Shown: positions 37,701 to 47,073 of the stretch, piece after piece
Position numbering within the stretch: position 1 is the first letter of the stretch
Layout: every line of letters starts with the position of its first letter
Origin: an uncultured virus (IMG/VR IMGVR_UViG_3300044846_003060)
Lineage: Duplodnaviria; Heunggongvirae; Uroviricota; Caudoviricetes
Direction: 5' to 3' (one strand)
Length of the DNA: 64,000 nt
Virus record (IMG/VR): IMGVR_UViG_3300044846_003060
The notes under the pieces: model-generated
Told to the model about the DNA's origin: nothing
The model's database searches: none
The model's input: the letters and a program-made list of their open reading frames with translations, nothing else
Program-made: the position numbers and the translations under genes

Positions 37701-40536
37701 AGATCAGTTTGATACAGGAAGTGGTTTGAGTAAAGAGAATCTAGTAAAACTCAAAACCTATGATGAAAGAAGTGCCAATGGTGAAACTCTTACTGATGAT
37801 GAGATGTTGGAATATAACTCTCTTATTGCAACTAAGAATAACATTGGTATGCCTCCACTAATACTGAAAGAGTATAAAAAAATACTCAGAGAAATTCAGG
37901 GTCTTACAAGTAAAGTTCCTACTGAATATTACATGGCTGCATTTTATGAAGCACTTGGTGATACTGAAGTATCTGAAAGTATAAATACAGAAAATGCTGA
38001 TACATGGGTTAACTCTGCAGATTTGTATGATGCAATGTCAAAAAATGATAAGTTTAGAGAATGGTTCCTTAGAAATCATTACCAAAAAGTAGGTTATAAT
38101 CCTACTACTAAAGCTTGGGAAATGATGTATTATAGAACTAAAGCTTGGACAGATGTAATACCGTCTGATATAAAACATTATAAGACTACTGTTCTTAAAG
38201 ATGCTGCCACAGGAGAACCTATTGTTATAAGAGGAGTTCCTGCAGGTAGATATTATAATCAAAGAATTAAAAAAGAATGGAGAACTGGTTATGATGCATC
38301 AACTGGTAATATTAATTTAAAAGTTGGTGTTGAAATAGATAATAAAGGTAACTTCTTACCTAGAGCAGATGCAACTGATAAAAAATATATTAATCCTGAG
38401 TATGAAGCTTTAGATAAAAATGGTGCCGAGTTTAAACTACTTGATGCAATTAAGAAAGAATATTTAAAAGTACAAGAAGGTAAGCCGGCAAGTTCTAAAT
38501 TGTATTTAGATTTAGCTAGATTTAGACAGTGGACAAATGTTGAACTTGTACAATCTGGTAAAGCAAAAGATGATTTAGGAAGTAAACTATCTGGTATAGG
38601 TGATTTTATGAAATCATTTGTTACTAAGTCTGCAGATGATCCAGAAACACAACCTGGATTTAATGTTGATTCAGAAGCCATGTTAATTGAAACAGATTTA
38701 CAAGGTCAACCAATTACTAAAATACCTGTGAGAGGTTTATATAGATTGAAAAAAGAATCTGTATCTCAAGATGTATTGAGAGCATTCTATACTTACTTGC
38801 ATTCACTTAATGAGCAAGATGCATTGATAAAAGAAGAACCACTTGCTAAAGCTATTAGTGATGTAATGAATGATCCAAGTAATGCAATTAAAAAAACAAA
38901 TACATTTAGTAAGAATATCCATAAGAGTACAGGTAAGTTAGCTTTATTAAATGCTAATACAAATAGAAGAGCTCAAGCAATGGATTATTTTATTGATAAA
39001 ACTTTCTATGGTCAGGCTTATTCAGGATTTGAACAAGAAAACCCTATTCTTACAAAAGCTGCAAACTTCTTAATGAAGAATGCAAGTAGATCCTTTATTG
39101 CAATGGATATGGTTTCTGCTATGAAAAACAGGTTTGGTGCTGTTATACAAAACAGTATTGAAGCTGCTGCAGCTACCTATTATAACCCTATGGCATTTGC
39201 TAAAGGTAGAGCTTGGTCTGCTACTGCTATGATTGAAATGCAAAAAGATATCTATGCAAAGGGCCCTAAAGGATTGAAGATGCAATTAATTGAAAACTTT
39301 AGTCCTATTCCTGATAAAACTAAACAAGACTTTGGTAAATCAAGTTCTAGAACTTTTATTAAAGATTTCTTTGATGGTTCATGGATGTATGACCCAAGAA
39401 GATTCTTGGATGTTGAAGCATCTCTGCAGATATTTGGTGGTATGATGTACTTCCAAAAGGTAGAACAAAAACAACCAGATGGTTCTCCAAAACAAATAGA
39501 TTACATTGATGCATTTGAGTTAGATGCAGATAGAAAATTAAAACTTAAAGATGGGATAGATCCTGAATGGTCTCCTAATCCTATTGAACATACTTTTGCT
39601 GAAGGTGAAACATTTGAATCTTTAGCTAAAAAGTATAACATGACTGTAGAAGAACTGCAAGCTAAAAATAAAGTAAAAACTCTTGATGGTTTTCAACCGG
39701 GAGATACTATAATTATTTCTAAAGCCTCTAAGTTCAACAACATGAAATTAAAAATTCAAGGTGTTGTTAAAAGAACTAATGGTGGTATGGAAGAATTAGA
39801 TTCTCCACAAGCAGATCAGTTTTTATTGTTTAGATTATTTACTTTCTATAAGAAGTATGCAACTCAAATGTTCTTGAATAGATTTCAAGCTGATATGTCT
39901 AAAGGTAATAGATGGGGTCATGTATATAATTGGGATTTAGGAACTACTACCCGTGGATACTATGTAACAGGGGTTATAGGTGCTATGAAATTCTTGAAAA
40001 CAGGTATGGCTTATTTACCTATAATGACTGATGAAGAAAAAGCTGCATTTAGGAAGATAGCTACTGAAGGTGTCTTACTTATGATCATGGCTCTTGCAAC
40101 TATGTTCTTATATGGATATGATGAAGGTGATGAGGATAGATTTGAAAAAATGAGACAGAGAGAAGAGGAGTTTGGAAAACTTGGTTGGTTATCAAACCAT
40201 ATGTTATATCAACTTATAACAGTTCGTAGAGAGAATGCTGCCTTTGTTTCACCTCAAGAATGGTTACAGTATGGAAATGTTACATCTATAGCATTTGGAC
40301 CTACTGTTAAACTTTACTTGAAAATATTAGCAGATTTGTACTACATAGCAACTGGTGATGAAAAAGCAGTTTATAAATCTGAAGTAGGACCTTACCCTTG
40401 GCAAATGAAAGATGAAGATGGTACCTTTGATTATAAACTATGGAATCATTTATTTAGTTTGTATGGTATTAAAGGTAAAAACTATGACCCTATTCAGGCA
40501 ATTAAGAGTGATGAACAATTCCAAAATCTAAGATAA
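34732..40536 (+). CDS. Giant putative ejection protein with zincin (HEFSH) and LysM domains
   Basis: 1934 aa; VHEFSH 35296-35310 followed by EEALVRA; LysM-like HTFAEGETFESLAKKYNMTVEELQAKN...QPGDTIII 39589-39717; hydrophobic helix near the C-terminus. Confidence 0.75.
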   Translation: MAKNCRDTEKFKTAEASTKAWFKTNGLLDRFLRIPEGKLVKFREANAALSKKANNEMNIPGRLFTELEGGTRALPNIMMFHKIDAFKGKFYPGNNYLKPEYLPRETRPLYETVAIDEEAVSAERADKLFNALGQKYEAAFGIPYVMVSEYEANMILQNSNTPYNNQPGFFYGDKVYFVKGKATMNTMVHEFSHPLIKAIALNNPKLFNNLYETLLKSDTGQDIVNQLVAEGKLQPETSRFKEEALVRAMEKDAAEKLSNVVKSDSAFKEFINMLMYAIKKILAGMTKMVSPKKLTTTTTLSELTDMMLFEDFQMESIKFDNTDFADFASEYDALLGALQNSTAKQLQEAINRAYTESTFQLTQLRNAPWKLKEDLSRIGGEKVLRSIRDHLKRYQTVSADLSDISVDEILDAMESQQEEFRIRGIALINSINEAKIFSEKIEQILQEMQTNKRHLTAAGIAKVQYFSEYIQRQKEFLTDVEKILGRGRDNEFVKELRSTINIINDASDLIKELKTDVVTEIFVDNTEFMQEEMDRKISERIRQIAKADNLSEALTEELVKEITSLPNVKKYDIDLKKYPLNPKRAQVLANELKEYFFKRLNRDAIEKYLSGETEDLTFFQAWLNPYLSMDDPLGSFVRYMKTKLSEAENKSLSQANDIANTLVPLLDAVGYSPNNTGQLGKMLLQTDKTGYTDSNGEFVEFELYTFLDQFINWRRDKAELQHNFDKARESGDKEKIKSALQALWEFEEKYMHRKYKQEYYDLQNIWKQDNTVRNPITGLDVSVSASLSTEAFLERQSGLDKLNQYKHEAYTEMDDLYEFTESDAAKAEYEQLYQITNADGTNKTGDELLKTLVRRKYRYESKRFYEYSLNEERVQRDYDNYVQELAVRGITKDAKPEEWKAEMKKFIDKNFRIAYSEDYYRSKEDLFTRLTDITNKYKSPLADKMRDLYLERWRLTNAITDKNGTTNALQYTNAVLEKIKDLEEEIVKLQDQFDTGSGLSKENLVKLKTYDERSANGETLTDDEMLEYNSLIATKNNIGMPPLILKEYKKILREIQGLTSKVPTEYYMAAFYEALGDTEVSESINTENADTWVNSADLYDAMSKNDKFREWFLRNHYQKVGYNPTTKAWEMMYYRTKAWTDVIPSDIKHYKTTVLKDAATGEPIVIRGVPAGRYYNQRIKKEWRTGYDASTGNINLKVGVEIDNKGNFLPRADATDKKYINPEYEALDKNGAEFKLLDAIKKEYLKVQEGKPASSKLYLDLARFRQWTNVELVQSGKAKDDLGSKLSGIGDFMKSFVTKSADDPETQPGFNVDSEAMLIETDLQGQPITKIPVRGLYRLKKESVSQDVLRAFYTYLHSLNEQDALIKEEPLAKAISDVMNDPSNAIKKTNTFSKNIHKSTGKLALLNANTNRRAQAMDYFIDKTFYGQAYSGFEQENPILTKAANFLMKNASRSFIAMDMVSAMKNRFGAVIQNSIEAAAATYYNPMAFAKGRAWSATAMIEMQKDIYAKGPKGLKMQLIENFSPIPDKTKQDFGKSSSRTFIKDFFDGSWMYDPRRFLDVEASLQIFGGMMYFQKVEQKQPDGSPKQIDYIDAFELDADRKLKLKDGIDPEWSPNPIEHTFAEGETFESLAKKYNMTVEELQAKNKVKTLDGFQPGDTIIISKASKFNNMKLKIQGVVKRTNGGMEELDSPQADQFLLFRLFTFYKKYATQMFLNRFQADMSKGNRWGHVYNWDLGTTTRGYYVTGVIGAMKFLKTGMAYLPIMTDEEKAAFRKIATEGVLLMIMALATMFLYGYDEGDEDRFEKMRQREEEFGKLGWLSNHMLYQLITVRRENAAFVSPQEWLQYGNVTSIAFGPTVKLYLKILADLYYIATGDEKAVYKSEVGPYPWQMKDEDGTFDYKLWNHLFSLYGIKGKNYDPIQAIKSDEQFQNLR

Positions 40537-40537
40537 A

Positions 40538-40678
40538 ATGGCAAAAGCAACAACAGGAACAGTAAAAGCATACATTAAACCAAAAGTTTCCCGTCCAGGG
40601 GTGCATGCTAAAACCAAAACTTCTAAGTCAAAGAAGTCTAGGAACTACAAGAAGTCTTATAGGGCCCAAGGTAGGTAA
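40538..40678 (+). CDS. Small very basic protein (46 aa), not in the ORF track
   Basis: ATG 1 nt after the previous stop; MAKATTGTVKAYIKPKVSRPGVHAKTKTSKSKKSRNYKKSYRAQGR; ends just before the hairpin at the strand switch. Confidence 0.7.
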   Translation: MAKATTGTVKAYIKPKVSRPGVHAKTKTSKSKKSRNYKKSYRAQGR

Positions 40679-40679
40679 G

Positions 40680-40721
40680 AAAAAAAAGAAGGGAGAGAGC
40701 CTATTACAGCTCTCCCCCTTC
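40680..40721 (-). terminator. Intrinsic terminator at the convergence of the two gene blocks
   Basis: Minus strand GAAGGGGGAGAGC-TGTAATAG-GCTCTCTCCCTTC followed by a T tract. Confidence 0.75.
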
Positions 40722-40958
40722 ATTGTTATAGAAGTCTAAGACTTCATATTGGTTTTTAAAGTTTATCACTTTAAAATTCTTTTCTTCAAAATCATATCTA
40801 ACTACAGATAATGTTTTCAATGCTTTATGAAAAGAACATGCTTTACATACAATACATTTACCTTTTGCACTTTTAATCTGATATTTTCTTGTATTATCCT
40901 TGAATTTCTCTAATGGTTTATCAATACCACAGTGAAAACATTTAAGAGTCTCCATCAT
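40704..40958 (-). CDS. Small zinc-finger protein (CxxC...CxxC)
   Basis: CFHC and CKAC pairs; start taken at the MMETLK ATG. Confidence 0.6.
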   Translation of the reverse strand: MMETLKCFHCGIDKPLEKFKDNTRKYQIKSAKGKCIVCKACSFHKALKTLSVVRYDFEEKNFKVINFKNQYEVLDFYNNEGGEL

Positions 40959-41124
40959 CTTCACAACAGTCACATTTCTCCTCAGTGTCTAAGACACCAT
41001 ACTCATTATCATACCAGTCTCTGGCATCTTTTTTATTTGGCTCATCTATATCTCCACTTGCCATAGCTTCAGCTCCTGCCATGTAAGCTTCAATCATCTT
41101 TTTTCTAAATGTTACTGGATGCAT
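40942..41124 (-). CDS. Hypothetical protein
   Basis: Start probably MHPVTF, overlapping the end of the MazG-like gene. Confidence 0.5.
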   Translation of the reverse strand: MHPVTFRKKMIEAYMAGAEAMASGDIDEPNKKDARDWYDNEYGVLDTEEKCDCCEDDGDS

Positions 41125-41512
41125 CTGTGTCAACTTTAATAAACTTACTGATATCTGGACGGTAATATCCAGGGCCCTTAAGAATCTTTCCATCTTCTCT
41201 GAGAACAGGTTTTCCATCTTCACCTAATTTACTCATGTTACTAGACTGTATTTCATTAAATACATCTTCTATAATGTGTTGCATACCATGTTTAAGAATT
41301 GTACCACATAGAATATATAATTGATCACCAAGAGCATCTGCAATTTCTACTAGAGATTTGTTATAACATGCTTCAAGATATTCATCATTTTCTTCTTTCA
41401 TAAGAGTATGTCTTAAATCATACTCTGCATTAGATAATAATTGTGGCCACTTACCATCTTTTTGACCAAATGCTTTGTGGAACTCTGCCACTGCTTTTAA
41501 TTGTTTTTCCAT
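41105..41512 (-). CDS. MazG-like all-alpha nucleoside triphosphate pyrophosphohydrolase
   Basis: EENDEYLEA...EIADALGDQLY...SNMSK...DGKILKGP; start reassigned to MEKQL because the track start lies inside a terminator. Confidence 0.85.
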   Translation of the reverse strand: MEKQLKAVAEFHKAFGQKDGKWPQLLSNAEYDLRHTLMKEENDEYLEACYNKSLVEIADALGDQLYILCGTILKHGMQHIIEDVFNEIQSSNMSKLGEDGKPVLREDGKILKGPGYYRPDISKFIKVDTDASSNI

Positions 41513-41523
41513 ATTGTAAAGAT

Positions 41524-41555
41524 AAAAAAAAGGGAACACATTTCTGCATTCCCTT
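41524..41555 (-). terminator. Intrinsic terminator
   Basis: Minus strand AAGGGAATGCA-GAAA-TGTGTTCCCTT plus T tract; GNRA loop. Confidence 0.75.
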
Positions 41556-41592
41556 AATTAGTATTAACCCTTGGTGTTATAAGCCAAGGCTC

Positions 41593-42888
41593 CTAGAAAT
41601 CAAAATCAAAAGACTGTTTATCTTTTTCTTCTGTTTCAGTTTCATTAAAATCTAAATCAAAACTAAAATCATCATCAACTGAAGTGTTTAATGGTTCTTC
41701 AACAACTACTACAGACATCTTTGTAGTTTCATTAAGTTCAACTGTATCAACTACAAAATCAATTTGGGGAAAAATGTCCTCTGTTTTTTCAGGACTAACT
41801 TCCTCTTCATTTTTACTAGCTAAATAATCTTCTATAGTTGCAACAGGCTCCGGTTTTTCTATTGGAACTAGTAATGAATCTAACACAGCATCATCATCCT
41901 CATCAATATCAAATGGAACTTCTATGTCTTCAACAACATCTGCAACTACTTCTTCAGACTGGTGCAAATCTATATCAAAATCAGACCCATTTGTACCACT
42001 TTCTTCTTCTGCTTTAGCATATCTAATGTCTTCATCTATTTGATCTGCTTCTAAATCTGCCTCAGCTTCTGCTTGAGCAATAGCATCAAGTAAATTAATC
42101 TGATTAGGATCTACATCTTCTTGAGGTGGTGTACTTAAAACAGGAACTGGTGTACTTATTTGTTGAACTGGTGCACTAAAATCACAAATAGTTCCTATAA
42201 AGTAATGTAGGATTCTTTGATCTTCCATCCAAGTTTTAGGATGTGATGACTGAAGTGCATGAGTTATAAAATTATAGAATGCCCACAAACTATCTGTATT
42301 AGCAAATACATGTATTGGTTTCTTCATTTGATCTCTTACCAGACTAGCTTGTTCAGTAGTAAGAATTTCATATTCAGCAAACAATACTCCTAATAGCTGA
42401 GACTGTTTTCTTTTATTCAATGTTACAACTTCCATAGCAGCTTTATCAGAAACAAGTTGATTATAATACATATGTGCATTAGCCACATAATCATCAATAG
42501 TAGCTTTTACTTCTGCATCTGCAGTACCTGTATGTTTTCTAACCCAACTACCAACTTCACCAGAAATCATAGTAGAACCAGTTTTTAAACTATAAGCACC
42601 AACTACACATTTAAACTTTACTTGTTTATTATAACTGTTTGTCCATGCAAACATCATAGTTAATTCAGGATCTGAATTATAATTTAATCTATAAATTCCT
42701 TGAGCAATTTGCCCATCAGCAGTACATCTGTACTCCTCATCTACAATACCAAACCCTGCATTAGCAAGGGCTGTATAGGCATAATCAATAACAAATTGGT
42801 GACTTATAACAGTATAAGTAGCACCATGATTAGGTAATGGAACACTAACTAAGTGTCCCTTTGTACAATTTGAAATTTTCTTTGGCAT
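41593..42888 (-). CDS. DUF932/DUF945-like protein with a long acidic C-terminal tail
   Basis: YTVISH...NSYNK...RKHTG...SLWAFYNFITHALQ pattern; D/E-rich tail ending FDFDF. Confidence 0.6.
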   Translation of the reverse strand: MPKKISNCTKGHLVSVPLPNHGATYTVISHQFVIDYAYTALANAGFGIVDEEYRCTADGQIAQGIYRLNYNSDPELTMMFAWTNSYNKQVKFKCVVGAYSLKTGSTMISGEVGSWVRKHTGTADAEVKATIDDYVANAHMYYNQLVSDKAAMEVVTLNKRKQSQLLGVLFAEYEILTTEQASLVRDQMKKPIHVFANTDSLWAFYNFITHALQSSHPKTWMEDQRILHYFIGTICDFSAPVQQISTPVPVLSTPPQEDVDPNQINLLDAIAQAEAEADLEADQIDEDIRYAKAEEESGTNGSDFDIDLHQSEEVVADVVEDIEVPFDIDEDDDAVLDSLLVPIEKPEPVATIEDYLASKNEEEVSPEKTEDIFPQIDFVVDTVELNETTKMSVVVVEEPLNTSVDDDFSFDLDFNETETEEKDKQSFDFDF

Positions 42889-42889
42889 T

Positions 42890-44791
42890 TTAAAATAAAC
42901 TTAATTGATTTATAATAGGTTGTAAGCTTTGTATTTCTTTTCTTACTTTTTCAATATAAAAATCATAATTGATTTCATATTCATCTATAGGAAGTTTTAC
43001 ATGTGCATTTAGCACCTGTTGCATCCATTTTCCGGCTTCAACCTGAATTTCTCTATTATCAGAATTATTCTTCTTAATAATTTTAGAACCAGACTTACAT
43101 ATATAATATCTTATAGTATGCTGCAGTTCTTTTACTGTATACTCTCCATCTTTTACAAAATGTTGGAAAAACTTCCAGTCTCCTCTAATCTTGACACCAC
43201 CACAAAAATCAAATATATCAGTGCAATTCCTAATATATGTTTCAGGTTCAACCCCTTCTACAAAATATGCATGTAATGCTTTAGGTACAACTAAAAAACT
43301 TTTGTTTTTATGAAGTGCAAGGTCTGCAAACTCAAATCTACCTTTACACTTAGACTTACCATCTTCAGTGATAGCTATATAGTTATTGACATCACCAAGT
43401 ATTAATTTAGTATACTTATCATGTTCTAACTGTAGATTAGTCATTTCTTCCCACCTCTTGCAGATTTCCATATATTTAGCTTCATACTTTCTAGGTATCA
43501 TAGTCTCAAGACCATCTGTATTCTGCATTAAAGGAACAGCATCTGGAATTTCTTCACAAATCATTTCATACAACATTGTAAGACTTAGCTGACCATTAAT
43601 TGTAATCCTCATGGTAAACTGTGGATCATATAGAAAACTATTCTCATCATTGCTGAGTCCATAAGTTGAATTAAGAATAATCTTATATACATAATTCTTG
43701 GGATCTTTCTTTGGGATCTTTTTTCTTTCTTCAAAAAACCATTCATACAGTTCACAAAATTCTTGTTTAGGTAAATGTGCAGGAGCCCATTTATTTCTAA
43801 TAGCTAGATTAGGATAAAAACTTACAACATCTGAAGTCATAATTATCATGTCTTCATTAGATTCATAAACTTTAGTTTCTCTAGCACCATGGACACCACC
43901 AAGACCAAAATCTGTTTTTACTCCTTTGTAGTTTACAGAATACTTAAAGCCTCCTTTTGTTTCATTAGGAAATATTACTGCCTCTTTAAATTTTTCTAAT
44001 AACTTTTGAAATGGAGCTGTAGTAAATTGAATATAAGGTAGAATTATATGTTTGACTTCAATCTTATCCCGCAAAGTTCTAAGTTTTCTAAGTTGTGCTT
44101 TTTTAATCCCAGTCTTTTTACTGAGAAAATACATAAAAAGTTCTTTAGATATCCTTGGTTCTGATGCAGAATATAAGTCAATTTCATATTCATTAGTAAG
44201 ATCTCTTCTCAAATCAATTTGGCTTTTACTTAATTGCATAATAGCTTTAGTTGACTTGACATCATTTATACAATACTTTAAAATATTGTTTATTTGTCCC
44301 TCATTTTCAATCTCAGTAGTATGATGTATTGGCATGTCCACTATATTCTTCCAATCCATACTAAACTGAATCCACTTTAGTGAACTTCTTTTAGCTGGAT
44401 TATCCCAGTGGTTAAGTTTAAATACATCTAACTGCTTAATTGTCAAATCTCTAGGTCCAAATTCAGGAAAATTTCCTTGGTTCTGATTAGAGATTGTTTG
44501 TTGTGCTATTTGATATAGCTTTCTAGCAACTTCATCACCACTCATTATTTTGAGTTGGTCTGCATTTCTAATAACATATTCAGTTATTTGACTGTCAAAA
44601 GCCAAACCATTAAAACTAACATGCCATTCTCCATGTGTTGCATTTCTATACAGGAAGTTAGCAAAATCTTCAGTATCATTTCTACTTTTATGAATGATAA
44701 AAATTTCTTGATGTTCAGATTTTACATCTTCAAAGACTCCCATGAAACAATTACTAAGAGTTTCATAGTCCATTACCCAATGTGTTCTCAT
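42890..44791 (-). CDS. polB: DNA polymerase family B with 3'-5' exonuclease
   Basis: MDYET (ExoI), FNGLAFD (ExoII), YCINDV (ExoIII), SDVVSFYP (motif A), KIILNSTYG (motif B), NTDG (motif C). Confidence 0.92.
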   Translation of the reverse strand: MRTHWVMDYETLSNCFMGVFEDVKSEHQEIFIIHKSRNDTEDFANFLYRNATHGEWHVSFNGLAFDSQITEYVIRNADQLKIMSGDEVARKLYQIAQQTISNQNQGNFPEFGPRDLTIKQLDVFKLNHWDNPAKRSSLKWIQFSMDWKNIVDMPIHHTTEIENEGQINNILKYCINDVKSTKAIMQLSKSQIDLRRDLTNEYEIDLYSASEPRISKELFMYFLSKKTGIKKAQLRKLRTLRDKIEVKHIILPYIQFTTAPFQKLLEKFKEAVIFPNETKGGFKYSVNYKGVKTDFGLGGVHGARETKVYESNEDMIIMTSDVVSFYPNLAIRNKWAPAHLPKQEFCELYEWFFEERKKIPKKDPKNYVYKIILNSTYGLSNDENSFLYDPQFTMRITINGQLSLTMLYEMICEEIPDAVPLMQNTDGLETMIPRKYEAKYMEICKRWEEMTNLQLEHDKYTKLILGDVNNYIAITEDGKSKCKGRFEFADLALHKNKSFLVVPKALHAYFVEGVEPETYIRNCTDIFDFCGGVKIRGDWKFFQHFVKDGEYTVKELQHTIRYYICKSGSKIIKKNNSDNREIQVEAGKWMQQVLNAHVKLPIDEYEINYDFYIEKVRKEIQSLQPIINQLSLF

Positions 44792-45018
44792 ATTACTTTT
44801 TTAAATAAACCATTAGCAATTGGATCAAGTAGTTTATTTGTGGATAGTTCTACTTTTGTTATTTTAGGCATTTTTGGTTCACACTTGCTGCAATGACTAA
44901 TCATTTCATGATGAGTAGATCCACAACACTGACATGCAATTGGAAAATGAAAATAAGTCCTAGTTAAATTATTATTTAACTTACATATGTCACAACGACC
45001 ATATTCTCTATCACCCAT
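44788..45018 (-). CDS. Small Cys/His-rich (zinc-binding) hypothetical protein
   Basis: CDIC, CQCC, HCSKC; ATGA overlap with polB. Confidence 0.55.
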   Translation of the reverse strand: MGDREYGRCDICKLNNNLTRTYFHFPIACQCCGSTHHEMISHCSKCEPKMPKITKVELSTNKLLDPIANGLFKKVI

Positions 45019-45060
45019 AAGACTTGTGTTCAGTTAAGCTGTTCCCCCATTTAAGTAAAT

Positions 45061-45093
45061 AAAAAAAGAGGGTGTTTGGTACCCACCCTCTTT
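45061..45093 (-). terminator. Intrinsic terminator
   Basis: AAAGAGGGTG...CACCCTCTTT stem with an A7 tract on the + strand (T tract on -). Confidence 0.7.
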
Positions 45094-45111
45094 CTGGTTT
45101 TTTGGTATTGT

Positions 45112-45459
45112 TTAAGCTTGCTCAGCCATAAACTTCTTATAATCAAACTTTGCATTAACTGCAAACATTTTGATTAATTCTTCCATAGCCTCAGTATCTT
45201 CAATATAAAATTCTTGAAACACTTCTACTTTGTGTCTCTCCTGTTTCATACCTTTTGTACCAGCTATTGCCTGTCCATACTCATCTAGTTTGGGCAGCAT
45301 ATGCAATGTAGTTTTTTTAATCTTAGAGATTATTACAAATACTTTTGTTCCTGGATCAAAAATACATTCCACATATGGGCATGTATCATTAATAGGAATC
45401 ATTCTAAAAGTTTGTTTTTCTTGCCAAGTTGCTTGGACAAGCATCATTGATTGTGTCAT
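45112..45459 (-). CDS. Hypothetical protein
   Basis: 115-aa ORF in operon-like context. Confidence 0.65.
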   Translation of the reverse strand: MTQSMMLVQATWQEKQTFRMIPINDTCPYVECIFDPGTKVFVIISKIKKTTLHMLPKLDEYGQAIAGTKGMKQERHKVEVFQEFYIEDTEAMEELIKMFAVNAKFDYKKFMAEQA

Positions 45460-45485
45460 TTGTTGGTTTTTTAATTAAATACAAA

Positions 45486-46052
45486 TTAATCTATAATTTC
45501 TAAATTCTGCAAGTCTGCAACTGAAATTTGTAGATTTTCTTTTTCTAAATCAGGCTTGTCACATAACTCACCCACACTACTTAACAAACTTACAGGAACA
45601 TCTAATAGTTCTGCATATCTGTCATACCATTTTTCTGGAAATAAATAACTATATACATAGACATAGTTACCTCCATGTTTGTCAAAATAATCAAGAATTT
45701 TGCGCTTTAAATTCATATTAAGTTTACTGTAATTACCACTAACTATATTATCCCAGTCAATCCCCATATCAGAGAAATCAAATGTAAATACACTAGTGTT
45801 ATCATCAGCCTTCACATAATCACATAACCTAGTATGTGTTAATAAAACATCTTTTTCAAATTTTAAATATTCAATGTCTTTTCTATTCTCATACACACAT
45901 ATAAACTTCATATCCTCGGTGCTGTAGTTTTTTCCCCAAGACAAATAAGTCTCTGTTGGAATAGCAGGTGCCCCTCTTTTTATGCCCAAGAGCGGATATA
46001 TAAATATCTTGGACTTTTGAAAATATTTGCCATAAAGCGCATTAATAACCAT
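45486..46052 (-). CDS. Hypothetical protein
   Basis: 188-aa ORF immediately downstream of the nuclease gene. Confidence 0.65.
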   Translation of the reverse strand: MVINALYGKYFQKSKIFIYPLLGIKRGAPAIPTETYLSWGKNYSTEDMKFICVYENRKDIEYLKFEKDVLLTHTRLCDYVKADDNTSVFTFDFSDMGIDWDNIVSGNYSKLNMNLKRKILDYFDKHGGNYVYVYSYLFPEKWYDRYAELLDVPVSLLSSVGELCDKPDLEKENLQISVADLQNLEIID

Positions 46053-46056
46053 AAAC

Positions 46057-47073
46057 TTACAATTTAATATTACCTACTGCTAAGTCATATGGTAGGTCAT
46101 ATCTTTTCTGTATATAATGCCATTTGGCAATTTCTAATACAGATTTAAAATCACTTTTCCATTGACTCATTGTTTCTACAGAGACTTGGAAAGGATAAAC
46201 TAAATTGTATTTGTCAATTACAATAAAAGTTACTTGAACCTGCCAGTCTCTGGCATCCGGTTTATCTTTCAAGAATTTATCTGAAGCTAGAATAGTATAG
46301 ATAACTCCTTGTATCCAATACTTGTAATATTCTACAGCATCAGGAAAATCTTGAATAGACTTACCTGTTGTTTTGAGGTCATTGATAAAAATTATCTTTG
46401 CCTCTTTATCAACAACAACATTGTCAAGTACTCCGTGTAAACCAAAGGGTAATTTTTCATGGTCAACCTTAATATGCAACTCATTATAGGTCTCAATGTG
46501 AGTGTCTTCCTCAGTTATATCTAGTGCTAATAGTGTTCTCACATCACTATTACTCTTTAGTATTTCAACCTGTGCTTTGCAGCCATCCAAAGTAGGTTCA
46601 TCAACTATTGATTTGTCTAGACTATTTTTAAGGAATTCAAAATACTCTTTGTGTTCATCAGTAAGTATCTTGTCAAGTCTTTGCTGATCAGTTTTAAGAT
46701 TCTGATAAAGGTTTGCTGTAAGTAGTTGTGTGAGTATATCTTGTGGGTAGTCCTCCAAAATTAAGGAATTATTTTCATATCCAAGATGTATCCTAAAAAT
46801 ATTATCAATAATTTTTCTAGGATTGTCACTAGGTAGTTTTCCCGGTAGGGATATAAATTTATCATTATATTTCTCTTTCTCAAATAAAAGGCAGTGAAGG
46901 ACACTACCACCTACAAGGTGAGCATCCTTACTGTCTTCCCTCTGGTTGAGCACATAATGATTGTAGAATAAAGCAGGTGAAAAAAGTAACTTATTCAACC
47001 CACTATAACTAAAATAAAACTTTTGTTTGTAAAATCTCTCTAGTTCATCAGAACCATTCAAAGTCTGTATCAT
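46057..47073 (-). CDS. PD-(D/E)XK family exonuclease
   Basis: FSYSGL, GSVLHCLL, HGVLDNV, INDLKTTG, YWIQGVIY motifs. Confidence 0.8.
   Translation of the reverse strand: MIQTLNGSDELERFYKQKFYFSYSGLNKLLFSPALFYNHYVLNQREDSKDAHLVGGSVLHCLLFEKEKYNDKFISLPGKLPSDNPRKIIDNIFRIHLGYENNSLILEDYPQDILTQLLTANLYQNLKTDQQRLDKILTDEHKEYFEFLKNSLDKSIVDEPTLDGCKAQVEILKSNSDVRTLLALDITEEDTHIETYNELHIKVDHEKLPFGLHGVLDNVVVDKEAKIIFINDLKTTGKSIQDFPDAVEYYKYWIQGVIYTILASDKFLKDKPDARDWQVQVTFIVIDKYNLVYPFQVSVETMSQWKSDFKSVLEIAKWHYIQKRYDLPYDLAVGNIKL

Noticed and set aside
3951..39285. Many short - strand ORFs in the track opposite the large + strand genes
   Set aside because: Fully nested antisense shadows with biased Ile/Phe/Ser/Leu composition and no motifs
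46057..47073. Cas4 assignment for the PD-(D/E)XK nuclease
   Set aside because: Lacks the four-Cys Fe-S cluster pattern; context fits a phage recombination exonuclease
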